From: an uncultured Alphaproteobacteria bacterium
GTDB taxonomy: Bacteria > Pseudomonadota > Alphaproteobacteria > UBA6615
Reading direction: 5' to 3'
DNA: 64,000 nucleotides
Assembly (NCBI GenBank): GCA_943787745.1
Contig: CALSNJ010000005.1
Location: forward strand, 14,438 to 78,437
Shown: in pieces, positions 17,079 through 27,142 of the stretch
Layout of the letters: every line of letters starts with the position of its first letter
Numbering within the stretch: position 1 is the first letter of the stretch
Made by a program: the position numbers and the translations under genes
The notes under the pieces: generated by a model
The model's database searches: none
Told to the model about the DNA's origin: nothing
What the model saw: the letters and a program-made list of their open reading frames with translations, nothing else

Positions 17079-17843
17079 CCGTGTCCCCAAGTTCCAAGCA
17101 GAACGCCGACGTGACTCAGGATAGTTTGCTCGGTGGGCAGGTATCGATCCGGCAGCCCGCGCAGGGTTACAGAGTCTCGCTTGACGCTGTTTTGCTGGCC
17201 GCCTGTGTCCCACTTGAGGAGCGAGCGTCCGTCCTCGATGTTGGTTGTGGGCATGGCGGTGCGACGCTTTGTCTCGCGTGGCGCAAGCCTCAGGCCCGGT
17301 TCCACGGTATCGATGTACGACCAGATGCAGTGGCGCAATTTTCCGAAGAATGTCATCTTGAACGCCTGGCAGGACCGGATGACCGCGTCGGTCGCAGATG
17401 TCGCTGACGGGGCCGGTCCGGACTATGCAGGTAGGTTTGATTGGGTCATCTCCAATCCGCCTTATCTTCCCGTTGAAAGAATGGACCGGCGTGCATCTGA
17501 CGGCGGTATCGATCCGGCCACGACCGAGACGGTTCCGCTGCGTGCGTGGGTCATTTTTATGATGGCCTGTCTGCGAAAGGGAGGGCGCGTGGCTGTGGTT
17601 CACCGGGCTGACCGAATTGAGGAATTGCTGGCAATTCTTGCTGAGCATTGCGGGGCGATCGAGGTCTTTCCGATTTGGCCGAAGGCTGGGGCACCCGCCA
17701 AGCGGGTCGTCGTGACAGCGCGAAAGGGCGATAGAAGTCCCTCGAAAATTCAGAGCGGCCTAGTGTTGCATGATGAAAATGGTGATTTCACGCCCGCTGC
17801 GCATGCTGTTCTGGTGGATGGTGCGCCACTGAATGCAGGTTAG
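17075..17843 (+). CDS. N6-adenine-specific methyltransferase (tRNA1-Val m6A37 TrmN6/YfiC-like), with an apparent +1 frameshift near 17345-17352
   Basis: The N-terminal ORF 17075..17407 carries SAM motif VLDVGCGHGG. The C-terminal ORF 17133..17843, one frame over, carries VISNPPYLP. Joining them gives ...AVAQFSE-NVILNAWQDR... Confidence 0.7.
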
Positions 17844-17893
17844 ATGACACAGCGTGACTTGATTGCGGGCGCTTTAGGTACGAAGTTCCAATC

Positions 17894-18748
17894 ATGAAAC
17901 TTAAACTCCCATTTTTCCGTAAAAAATCTGCCGTCGTTGCTGTTCTGAGATTGGATGGGGTCATCGGGACATCCGGCTCGCGCCTACGCGGGTCAACCCT
18001 GAGCATCCAGTCGCAGGAAGCGCGTATTGAGCGTGCGTTCAAGATTGGGCGGCTCAAGGCTGTGGCGCTGGTTGTGAATTCCCCTGGCGGATCTGCCGTT
18101 CAGTCTGCGCTTATCGCGGGGCGGATCAGATCTCTTGCAGAGGAACATGATCTTCCTGTCATCGCGTTTGCAGAAGACGTGGCAGCTTCTGGTGGATATT
18201 GGCTGGCGTGTGCGGCGGATGAAATATTTGCTAATGAAGCTTCGATTGTTGGTTCGATTGGTGTGGTTTCATCAGGGTTTGGTTTTCAGGATTTGATTGC
18301 GCGATACGGCGTAGAGCGTCGTGTTCACACCGCTGGTGAGAGCAAGGCGACTCTTGATCCGTTCCTGCCTGAAAAAGAAGAGGACGTGGCGCACCTGAAA
18401 GAAACGCAGGAGGCTGTGCACGACCATTTCAAGGACTATGTGCGTTCGCGGCGCGGCGATCGCATCGACGCGGAATCCGATGAATTGTTTACCGGTTCTT
18501 TCTGGACCGGACCGCGCGCGGTTGAGCTGGGATTGATTGATGGTCTTGGTGATATCCGCACGGTGATGCGCGAAAGATATGGGAAAGACGTTCGGTTTGT
18601 GCCTATTACCGAGCGGAAATCGATGCTCCGATCATTGTTTGGTCGGTTTGGAACATCGGTCACATTGGAACGTGCGTTCGACGGGCTGCCCGAACAGGCC
18701 CTCGGCACACTGGAAGAGCGTGCTGTTTGGGCGCGCTTTGGTCTCTAG
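17894..18748 (+). CDS. sppA: S49 family signal peptide peptidase (SppA 36K type)
   Basis: Motifs VNSPGGSA, ASGGYWLA and GSIGV. Confidence 0.8.
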   Translation: MKLKLPFFRKKSAVVAVLRLDGVIGTSGSRLRGSTLSIQSQEARIERAFKIGRLKAVALVVNSPGGSAVQSALIAGRIRSLAEEHDLPVIAFAEDVAASGGYWLACAADEIFANEASIVGSIGVVSSGFGFQDLIARYGVERRVHTAGESKATLDPFLPEKEEDVAHLKETQEAVHDHFKDYVRSRRGDRIDAESDELFTGSFWTGPRAVELGLIDGLGDIRTVMRERYGKDVRFVPITERKSMLRSLFGRFGTSVTLERAFDGLPEQALGTLEERAVWARFGL

Positions 18749-18769
18749 CCGGCAAGGTAAAATTTCAAG

Positions 18770-18976
18770 ATGTTTGGTTTTTCCCTGACGAAGTTGCTGG
18801 TGCTCGCCGTGATTGTTGGCGGTGTGCTGCTTCTGTTCCGGTTTATTGGTCAACGAACGGCGGTCCAACCGCCGGCAAAGAAGCAAACGAAGCCTGAACC
18901 CAAGGCTTTTGATACCGAATATGATGCGGAATCCGACACATTCGTGGTCCGCAAAGAGAAGAATCAGGATAAGTAG
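18770..18976 (+). CDS. small single-pass membrane protein, hypothetical
   Basis: 68-aa ORF with an N-terminal TM helix (LLVLAVIVGGVLLLF) and a charged tail. Confidence 0.45.
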   Translation: MFGFSLTKLLVLAVIVGGVLLLFRFIGQRTAVQPPAKKQTKPEPKAFDTEYDAESDTFVVRKEKNQDK

Positions 18977-19066
18977 CTCATTGACAGGGTTGGATTGCTT
19001 GACCCTGCTGAGAGGCACTTCTATTTTCCCCGCGCCCACAGGCACCCGGACACCAAAAAACAGACC

Positions 19067-19963
19067 ATGGCGAACTTGAATACCGATTCGGCGGACGCGG
19101 CAGCGTCGCCAAAGAGTTTTCAGGACCTGATCCTCACATTGCAGAGGTTCTGGGCTGATCGCGGCTGCGTGATCCTTCAGCCCTATGACATGGAAGTGGG
19201 TGCCGGAACATTCCATCCCGCGACGACCTTGCGCGCACTTGGGCCCGACCCCTGGAAGGCGGCCTATGTGCAGCCGTCCCGTCGGCCGACGGATGGTCGC
19301 TACGGCGAAAACCCAAACCGTCTTCAGCACTACTATCAGTTTCAGGTGATCCTGAAGCCGTCGCCTGAAAACAGTCAGGATCTTTACCTCGAGAGTCTCG
19401 CTGCACTTGGTATTGATGCGCAGGCCCATGATATTCGATTCGTCGAAGATGACTGGGAAAGTCCGACACTCGGGGCCTGGGGCCTGGGTTGGGAAGTCTG
19501 GTGTGACGGCATGGAAGTCAGCCAGTTTACTTATTTTCAGCAGGTCGGGGGCTTTGACTGTAATCCGGTTGCTGTCGAACTGACTTACGGCCTCGAGCGC
19601 TTGGCTATGTATGTGCAGGGCGTCGAGAATGTCTACGATCTGGATTTCAACGGGGCCGGGACGAAATACGGCGACGTGTTCCTGCGCGCCGAGCAGGAAT
19701 TCAGCGCGTTCAACTTCGAGCATGCCAACACCGAAGCGCTGTTTCGGCACTTTGCGGATGCGGAGGCGGAATGCCAGTCGCTCATCTCGGCCAAGCTCGC
19801 TTTGCCAGCCTATGACCAATGCATCAAGGCCAGCCACACATTCAATCTGCTCGATGCGCGCGGCGTGATTTCTGTGACCGAGCGTCAGGCCTATATTTTG
19901 CGGGTTCGTGATCTTGCCAAAGCGTGTTGCGAGACATGGCTTTCGGCGCAGGCGGGTGCTTAA
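19067..19963 (+). CDS. glyQ: glycine--tRNA ligase alpha subunit
   Basis: ATG at 19067. Highly conserved [36 protein letters not shown] and [16 protein letters not shown]. Confidence 0.95.
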   Translation: MANLNTDSADAAASPKSFQDLILTLQRFWADRGCVILQPYDMEVGAGTFHPATTLRALGPDPWKAAYVQPSRRPTDGRYGENPNRLQHYYQFQVILKPSPENSQDLYLESLAALGIDAQAHDIRFVEDDWESPTLGAWGLGWEVWCDGMEVSQFTYFQQVGGFDCNPVAVELTYGLERLAMYVQGVENVYDLDFNGAGTKYGDVFLRAEQEFSAFNFEHANTEALFRHFADAEAECQSLISAKLALPAYDQCIKASHTFNLLDARGVISVTERQAYILRVRDLAKACCETWLSAQAGA

Positions 19964-19967
19964 CGCG

Positions 19968-22041
19968 ATGCCTGAACTTCTTGTCGAATATCTCTCCGAA
20001 GAAATCCCGGCACGTATGCAGCGACGCGCAGCCGATGAACTCGGCCGTCTTTTTGGCGCCGCATTGAAAGACAACAATCTCGAATTCGAAAGCATCGCGA
20101 CCTATGCAACGCCGCGGCGCCTGACGGTTCACGTGACGGGTGTGCCAGCCACCCAGCCAACCCAGGAGATCGAGCGCAAGGGGCCGCGCACGGATGCACC
20201 GGAAAAGGCGTTGGAGGGTTTTCTCGGGTCCGTTCCCGTCACCATTGAGCAATGCGAAGTTCGCGAAGACAAGAAGGGTTCCTTCTATGTCGCTTGTTGG
20301 ACTGAGGAAGGTGGGGACTCCAAGGACGTCCTTTCCGGGATAGTCACGGATGTCACGACAGATCTTTCCTGGCCGAAGTCCATGCGTTGGTCCGAGACGA
20401 CGTTCCGATGGGTACGCCCGCTCCACAATGTGCTGGCGGTATTCGACGGCGTTGCATTGTCTGGTGCCATCGACACCGGCGACGGTGCGCTCGCGTTTTC
20501 TGATCGCACCAGTGGGCATCGCTTTATGGCGCCCGCGGAATTCAGCGTCGCGGACTTTGGTGACTATTCCGCAAAGTTGCGTGAAGCCCGGGTGATCGTT
20601 GACGATGCCGAGCGGCAAAACGTCATTCGTGAGCAGATGAATGACGTTTGCCAGGCCAAGGGTCTGGCGGTACCCGAAGATGACGGACTCTATCGTGAGG
20701 TGGCAGGTCTCGTTGAGTGGCCGACAGTGTTGGTCGGAGATATTGATGCGGCGTTTATGGAATTGCCGCGCGAGGTTTTGACGTCGTCCATGCGGGAGCA
20801 TCAGAAGTATTTCGCGATTGATGATGGGAATGGCGGGTTGTCGCCAAAGTTTGCTTTTGTCTCCAACATCGCCGCCGACGATCCCTCGGCAATTATCGCG
20901 GGCAACGAGCGTGTTCTTCGTGCGCGCCTTTCGGATGCAAAGTATTTTTGGGACCTCGATCTTCGAACGCCGCTTGATCAGCGGGTTGGCGCACTCGATG
21001 CCATCGTTTTCCATGCCAAGCTTGGCACGGTCGGTGAAAAAGTCTCGCGTGTTGAAGGGTTGGCCAGCTGGGTTTCGGGATTTGTTGATGGCGCGTCGCA
21101 AGATGCCGCCGTTCGCGCTGCGCGCCTCGCCAAGGCAGACCTTGTGACAGGAATGGTGGGTGAATTCCCCGACCTGCAGGGTGTCATGGGCCGCTATTAC
21201 GCCCATGCCCAGAACGAGCCGGACGAAATTGCAGACGCGATTGCGCAGCACTACGCACCGCTCGGCCCCAATGACCAATGCCCGACCGCACCAGTCAGCG
21301 CTGTTGTTGCGCTTGCCGATAAGCTGGATACGCTGATTGGCTTTTGGAGCATCGACGAAAAACCCACCGGTTCGAAGGACCCGTTCGCGCTGCGCCGCGC
21401 CGCGCTTGGCGTTATTCGGATCCTGTTGGAAAACCGCATCCGGCTGGATTTGCGTGCGGCCATTGCCGAGGCGCGTCGTCACCATCGGGTGCGAGACATC
21501 AGAAATTGATGATGACCTGCTTCAGTTTTTTGCCGATCGTCTCAATGCCCATCTTCGCGACGAAGGTGTGCGCCATGACCATATCAACGCGGTCTTTGCA
21601 CTGCCGGATGCCGACGATCTCGTCGGCGTTGTGGACCGCGTCCGTGCCCTGGGGCCGTTTCTGGCTTCTGATGACGGCGCGAACCTGCTGATTGCCTACA
21701 AGCGCGCCGCCAACATTGTGCGCGCTGAAGAAAAGAAGGACGGAGAGGGATATCGCGGTGGCGACTATGCCAGCGATACTGCGCTTCAGGATGCCGCCGA
21801 AGGCGTTCTGGCGGAAAAGCTCGGCCCTACAGAAAGTGATGTTGGGGAGGCTTTGGCAGAAGAAGACTTTGCGCAGTCGATGCAATTGCTCGCCGGGCTT
21901 CGAACACCGCTCGATGAATTTTTTGATCAAGTCACGGTAAACGTTGACGATCCTGCCACGAGAGCCAATCGATTGCGCTTGCTCGCGCGCATCCAAGAGG
22001 TGATGAACAATGTCGCAGACTTCTCAAAAGTTGAAGGATGA
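19968..22041 (+). CDS. glyS: glycine--tRNA ligase beta subunit, with an apparent +1 frameshift near 21490-21505
   Basis: ATG at 19968 lies 5 nt after the glyQ stop (MPELLVEYLSEEIPARMQ). The N-terminal ORF ends at 21509. The C-terminal part (EIDDDLLQFFADRLNAHLRDEGVRHD...) continues in ORF 21337..22041, one frame over. Confidence 0.9.
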
Positions 22042-22051
22042 GAAGACGTCC

Positions 22052-24733
22052 ATGACAAACAACTCTGAAAAGTGGGTTTACGGATTTGGTGCTGAATCTT
22101 CCGACGGCAGTGCCGAAATGCGCAACCTTCTTGGAGGGAAGGGCGCAAACCTTGCGGAGATGAGCAACCTTGGGCTTCCTGTGCCGCCGGGATTCACGAT
22201 CACCACAGCACTTTGCACGCACTATTACGATAACGATGAAACCTATCCCGCTGATTTGAATGATCAGGTAGAGGCCGCGCTGGCAGCCGTAGAAGCCGAG
22301 GTGGGAACAAAATTTGGAGATGCCGAGAACCCGCTTCTGGTTTCTGTGCGCTCGGGTGCCCGCGCGTCTATGCCCGGGATGATGGATACCGTTCTCAACT
22401 TGGGCCTGAACGACACCACCGTTGAAGGGCTGGCGACGAAATCGGGCGATGCGCGTTTCGCCTTCGATAGCTATCGCCGCTTTATCCAGATGTACAGCGA
22501 TGTGGTTCTGGGCGTGGATCACTACCTGTTCGAAGAAGTTCTCGAACAGCACAAAAGTGACAGCGGTCTGATCCTCGATACCGACCTTGAGGCCGATGAC
22601 TGGCAATCTCTTGTTGTTGCGTTCAAGGGGATCGTGGAGGAGGAGCTTGGGAAACCATTTCCGCAAGATCCACGTGAACAGCTTTGGGGTGCGATTGGGG
22701 CTGTGTTCGGGTCCTGGATGAACCAGCGCGCAATTACCTATCGGCGTTTACAGGGTATTCCCGCCGCGTGGGGTACGGCCGTCAATGTTCAGGCGATGGT
22801 CTTTGGCAACATGGGCGACGATTGTGCCACGGGTGTGGCGTTTACCCGCGACCCCTCGACAGGCGAAAATATTTTTTACGGCGAGTACCTGGTCAATGCG
22901 CAGGGCGAAGATGTTGTCGCCGGTATTCGGACGCCGCAGCATCTGACCCTTGTTGGCAAAGAACGTAACGGTTCCGACCTTCCTGCAATGGAAGAGGTGA
23001 TGCCAGTTGTCTTCAAGCAATTGGCAGAGGTCCGTGAGACCCTTGAAGCGCATTACAAGGATATGCAGGACATCGAATTCACGGTGCAGCAGGACAAGCT
23101 GTACATGCTGCAAACCCGATCGGGTAAGCGCACGGCAGCGGCTGCGATTCGGATTGCCGTCGAGATGGTCAAAGAGGGCCTGATCACTGAAAGCGATGCT
23201 GTGATGCGTGTTGAGGCCGGACAGTTGGATCAGCTGCTGCATCCACGTCTCGACCCTGATGCGGCACGCAATGTTCTCAGTCGTGGGCTGCCTGCCTCAC
23301 CGGGCGCGGCATCTGGTAAAATTGTCCTCAGCTCCGATCTTGCTGAAGACATGGCCCAGCGCGGCGAAGATGTCATTCTTGTCCGCATTGAAACGAGCCC
23401 GGAAGACATTCACGGCATGCATGCCGCCAAGGGGATATTGACGACACGCGGCGGGATGACAAGCCACGCCGCCGTTGTGGCGCGGGGAATGGGGCGCCCA
23501 TGTGTGGCAGGTGCTGGTGATATTTCGGTCGATTATGAAACCGGCGAGGTTCGCATGGGCGGGCGCACGCTGAAATCCGGCGAGATGATAACGATTGATG
23601 GTGCGACCGGTGAAGTCATCGATGGTGAGGTGCCAACCATTGAACCAGAGATGTCGGGTGATTTTGAAACGCTTATGTCTTGGGCGGATTCCATTCGTCG
23701 CCTCAAGATTCGAACCAATGCTGAAACACCGATCGATGCGCGAACCGCGCGCGAGTTCGGCGCGGAAGGCATTGGCTTGTGCCGCACCGAGCACATGTTC
23801 TTCGACCCCGAACGAATTGTGGCCGTCCGTCGGATGATCCTTGCAGAAGACGTTGCAGGGCGCCGTGAAGCGCTGGCCGAGTTGCTGCCATTTCAGCGGC
23901 AGGATTTTGTCGAACTGTTCCAGATCATGGGCGAGCTCCCGGTGACAATCCGTCTGCTTGATCCGCCGCTACATGAGTTCCTGCCGAAGTCAGAAGAAGA
24001 AATCGCTGAAGTTGCCCGGCTCGCGGGTCGCGACCCAAAGGCAATGACTGACCGGGCCATTCAGTTGCATGAGGCGAACCCGATGCTGGGCCATCGCGGG
24101 TGCCGTTTGGGCATCACCTATCCGGAAATCTATGAGATGCAGGCCCGTGCCATTTTCGAGGCGGCATTGGTGGTCTTGAAGGAAGATGGTGCCAAAGTGC
24201 TCCCGGAGATTATGATCCCGCTGGCAGCAACCAAGCGTGAGCTGGATATCCTCAAAGAGAAGATTGATCAGGTGGCAGAGACCGTATTTGCGGACGCTGG
24301 CGCTCGAATTGAATATCAGGTTGGCACGATGATCGAATTGCCGCGCGCCGCACTTCGAGCTCACGAACTAGCCGAGACGGCTGAGTTCTTTAGTTTCGGA
24401 ACGAACGACCTCACGCAAACGACTTTCGGGATCAGCCGCGATGATGCGGGAGGTTTCCTGTCAGATTATGAGCGTCAGGGTATTGTGGACGTCGATCCAT
24501 TCGTGTCGATTGATGTGGATGGAGTGGGAGAGCTGGTCCTTATTGCCGTCGAGCGCGGGCGCCAGACCAATGCTGATATCAAGCTGGGCATTTGTGGCGA
24601 ACATGGCGGCGATCCCGCCTCAATTCGGTTTTGTGAGAATGCCGGGCTCGACTATGTGTCTTGCTCACCTTATCGGGTGCCGATCGCGCGGTTGGCTGCT
24701 GCACAGGCGACCGTGGCCAGCACGACTGATTGA
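22052..24733 (+). CDS. ppdK: pyruvate, phosphate dikinase
   Basis: ATG at 22052. Motifs LLGGKGANLAEM, GGMTSHAAVVARGMG (catalytic His) and GLCRTEHMF. A single uninterrupted frame of about 893 aa. Confidence 0.95.
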   Translation: MTNNSEKWVYGFGAESSDGSAEMRNLLGGKGANLAEMSNLGLPVPPGFTITTALCTHYYDNDETYPADLNDQVEAALAAVEAEVGTKFGDAENPLLVSVRSGARASMPGMMDTVLNLGLNDTTVEGLATKSGDARFAFDSYRRFIQMYSDVVLGVDHYLFEEVLEQHKSDSGLILDTDLEADDWQSLVVAFKGIVEEELGKPFPQDPREQLWGAIGAVFGSWMNQRAITYRRLQGIPAAWGTAVNVQAMVFGNMGDDCATGVAFTRDPSTGENIFYGEYLVNAQGEDVVAGIRTPQHLTLVGKERNGSDLPAMEEVMPVVFKQLAEVRETLEAHYKDMQDIEFTVQQDKLYMLQTRSGKRTAAAAIRIAVEMVKEGLITESDAVMRVEAGQLDQLLHPRLDPDAARNVLSRGLPASPGAASGKIVLSSDLAEDMAQRGEDVILVRIETSPEDIHGMHAAKGILTTRGGMTSHAAVVARGMGRPCVAGAGDISVDYETGEVRMGGRTLKSGEMITIDGATGEVIDGEVPTIEPEMSGDFETLMSWADSIRRLKIRTNAETPIDARTAREFGAEGIGLCRTEHMFFDPERIVAVRRMILAEDVAGRREALAELLPFQRQDFVELFQIMGELPVTIRLLDPPLHEFLPKSEEEIAEVARLAGRDPKAMTDRAIQLHEANPMLGHRGCRLGITYPEIYEMQARAIFEAALVVLKEDGAKVLPEIMIPLAATKRELDILKEKIDQVAETVFADAGARIEYQVGTMIELPRAALRAHELAETAEFFSFGTNDLTQTTFGISRDDAGGFLSDYERQGIVDVDPFVSIDVDGVGELVLIAVERGRQTNADIKLGICGEHGGDPASIRFCENAGLDYVSCSPYRVPIARLAAAQATVASTTD

Positions 24734-24768
24734 AGCAGACCATTCGAGTTTACGTTATCTGAAACTGA

Positions 24769-24798
24769 AAAGCCGCGCCCGTGAGGGCGCGGCTTTTT
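24769..24798 (+). terminator. rho-independent terminator of ppdK
   Basis: 9-bp GC stem GCCGCGCCC / GGGCGCGGC (24772-24780 and 24785-24793), GTGA loop, then TTTTT. Confidence 0.75.
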
Positions 24799-24822
24799 GT
24801 CGTTTCTGAACAGTACTAAAAG

Positions 24823-24978
24823 CTATTCAGCGGCAACAACATCACCGGTGAATGTGGTGCTCTTTTCGCTGCGCTTGGTGAACAGCTTGCGGAAAAAGGC
24901 AGCTATTGCCTCGCTCCGCTCGTGTTCCGCCATGCGCAGGACTTCTTGATCCGAATATTCGCTGTATGGGGTGTTCAT
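24823..24978 (-). CDS. small hypothetical protein (51 aa), not in the ORF track
   Basis: Manual translation gives MNTPYSEYSDQEVLRMAEHERSEAIAAFFRKLFTKRSEKSTTFTGDVVAAE. An AGGAG lies 7 nt upstream of ATG 24976-24978. An A+T-rich region lies upstream. Confidence 0.35.
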   Translation of the reverse strand: MNTPYSEYSDQEVLRMAEHERSEAIAAFFRKLFTKRSEKSTTFTGDVVAAE

Positions 24979-25135
24979 GGGGATCGCTCCTACGCTCGGG
25001 TTAAAACTTATAGAACCGATATAGGGCAGTGTTATTGACTATCAATGAATATGGCATGCACATAATGCATATCAGTTATTCTTTTTGGAACCAATGGTGG
25101 TAATTAATTACTAATTTATTCCATAAAAGAATGCA

Positions 25136-26008
25136 TTAGTCGGTTTCCATGATGCGTTTGAGGGGGCTGTCCTTGAGTGAGAGCTCTGGCTTTTCGCTCT
25201 CAAGCGCATCCGTGCGAATGGATGCGAGGAGCAGGTTTCCGTTTGTGGAGCGCACATTTCCCACTTCTTTGTCTCCCGACAAGATCGGATCACCTGGTTC
25301 TGCAGCGTTAACTGTAGTTTCAAAGGCATGCAGACGGCGTTTTACCAGCCCTCTGTATTTGGTTCGTGCGGTAAGTTCCTGCCCCATATAGCAGCCCTTT
25401 TCCCAGTCAATCCCGTGCAGTTCGTCGATGTTGGACTCCAGAAGGATCGATTTCTCGACTTCCAGATCTCGCGTTCCGTCAGGAACGCCGCGCGCTATAC
25501 GGCGTTGATCATAGGCATCAAATGCCACTTCCGGAATGTCGTGATCCTGCAGAAACTTGATGATGCTGGCTTCCGGGCCGATCAATCTGCAGCCCAGATC
25601 TTCGGTTCTCGGGTCAACGGATAAAAGGACATCTCCGACAAGCATTGTTGCGCCGACCGTTTGGTCTATTCCGACGCGTTCTGCCGCACCGTCGCCAAAC
25701 ACGGCGTAGACCATGGTTTCCGGATGAGACTCGAGATGTACATCTGCCCGCAATTTGAAACGCGACAAACGACTTATCAGATCGGCTGACCGTCCCTGTT
25801 CACAATCGAAAACCAGAAGGTCATCTTTTTGCAGGATGATGAAGTCATGCAGAAACTTGCCCTGTGGGGTCAACAGAGTTCCGTAAACGCAATTCTCCGA
25901 GGTGACTTTCTCGATATCCTGAGAAATCAGGCCCTGTAAAAAGTTGCGCTGGTCCGTGCCAGAGATTTCCACGATATCACGGGACAATTTTGTATAGGTA
26001 ATGGGCAT
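25136..26008 (-). CDS. ygfZ: folate-binding YgfZ/GcvT-like protein
   Basis: ATG at 26006-26008 (MPITYTKLS). Motifs NFLQGLISQDI and the signature KGCYMGQE. Confidence 0.75.
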   Translation of the reverse strand: MPITYTKLSRDIVEISGTDQRNFLQGLISQDIEKVTSENCVYGTLLTPQGKFLHDFIILQKDDLLVFDCEQGRSADLISRLSRFKLRADVHLESHPETMVYAVFGDGAAERVGIDQTVGATMLVGDVLLSVDPRTEDLGCRLIGPEASIIKFLQDHDIPEVAFDAYDQRRIARGVPDGTRDLEVEKSILLESNIDELHGIDWEKGCYMGQELTARTKYRGLVKRRLHAFETTVNAAEPGDPILSGDKEVGNVRSTNGNLLLASIRTDALESEKPELSLKDSPLKRIMETD

Positions 26009-26152
26009 CTGACCTCTGTGGAACCTGGTACCGGGTGGATGTCCCGGGTGTGACAGCTTTACGATACATGGTTCGGAATTGTCATTCAGGCAAGCATCAA
26101 TGAAACCAGTATTTGGCGCGAAACCCTCCACACGCGTATAAGCCTGTTAATC

Positions 26153-27142
26153 ATGCGAATTCTTTTCATCGGACCAAGCCGGATCGGCGACGCGGTGCTG
26201 GCATCCGGTTTGTTGAACCATTTGACAGCCTCCTATCCTGCTGCCCGCTTCACAGTGGCGTGCGGTGAGGTGGCTGCGCCGTTGTTCGAGGACCTTCCGG
26301 GGCTCGAAGAGTTGATTGGTATGCGTAAACAACCCAATGCTGGGCATTGGTGGCAGCTCTGGAAACATGTGGTGACAAAACGATGGTCGATGGTGGTGGA
26401 TGTCCGGCGGTCGGTTGTCCCGTGGGTCGTACTCACATCGCGCCGGGCTGTGATGCCAGCGACATCACTGGACGCCGAACATTCTGTTGTCAGCTTTGCG
26501 CGAACGCTTGATTTGCAGGATATACCGCCGTCACCCAAGCTCTGGATAGGATCTGTTCAGACAAAAGCTGCCGCAGGACTGATTCCGACAGGTGGGCCGG
26601 TGCTTGCTATTGGGCCGACAGCGAATTGGATTGGCAAGACTTGGCGTGCTGAACATTTCCTGGAAGTTGTCAGCCGCCTGACATCGACTTCGGATCATGA
26701 GTCTGACGCGATAGCTCCGGGGGCGCGTATCGCTGTGTTTGGTGCTGGGCCGGAACGCTCTCTTGCCCAGCCGATCATCGATGCAATTCCCGCCGAACAG
26801 TGTGTCGATCTTGTCGGCAAGGTCGATTTGCTGACCGCCGCAGCCTGCTTGCAACGCTGTTCGCTCTACATAGGAAATGATTCCGGGCTGATGCATATTG
26901 CTGCAGCATCGGGCGTGCCGACGCTCGGTCTGTTCGGTCCCAGTCGACCCGAACGCTATGCGCCGTGGGGATCGAATTCATCCTGGGTTCAGACTCGCGA
27001 GACGCTGGAAGAGATGGTGGCGCGTCCGGGTTATGATCCGAATGCGACAGACACATTGATGGATAGCCTTACCGTGGATGGTGTGGTGGGGGCAGCTTCC
27101 AGGCTCTGGCGTCGGAATGAGGGTGAGGCAGCAGGGGTATGA
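26153..27142 (+). CDS. glycosyltransferase family 9 (heptosyltransferase-like, LPS core)
   Basis: N-terminus MRILFIGPSRIGDAVLASG and C-terminal GNDSGLMHIAAA motif. Confidence 0.8.
   Translation: MRILFIGPSRIGDAVLASGLLNHLTASYPAARFTVACGEVAAPLFEDLPGLEELIGMRKQPNAGHWWQLWKHVVTKRWSMVVDVRRSVVPWVVLTSRRAVMPATSLDAEHSVVSFARTLDLQDIPPSPKLWIGSVQTKAAAGLIPTGGPVLAIGPTANWIGKTWRAEHFLEVVSRLTSTSDHESDAIAPGARIAVFGAGPERSLAQPIIDAIPAEQCVDLVGKVDLLTAAACLQRCSLYIGNDSGLMHIAAASGVPTLGLFGPSRPERYAPWGSNSSWVQTRETLEEMVARPGYDPNATDTLMDSLTVDGVVGAASRLWRRNEGEAAGV

Noticed and set aside
18977-19066. Possible leader, attenuator or T-box upstream of glyQ (hairpin cagggt…accctg).
   Set aside because: It is short, has no T-run and no specifier or antiterminator architecture. 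T-box control is not expected in proteobacteria. It is more likely a weak structure after the small upstream ORF.
18632-21485. Very long antisense ORFs (487 and 547 aa) opposite glyQ and glyS. Similar ones lie opposite ppdK, the GT4/asnB genes, acuI, rfbB, dctM and others.
   Set aside because: They mirror highly conserved genes on the other strand, have low-complexity Arg/Pro/Gly-rich translations with no motifs, and are the usual shadow ORFs of GC-rich DNA.
21470-21510. Programmed ribosomal frameshifting in glyS.
   Set aside because: There is no X-XXY-YYZ slippery heptamer, no prfB-like stop-plus-SD arrangement and no obvious downstream structure. The same kind of +1 step also occurs in unrelated genes in the window.
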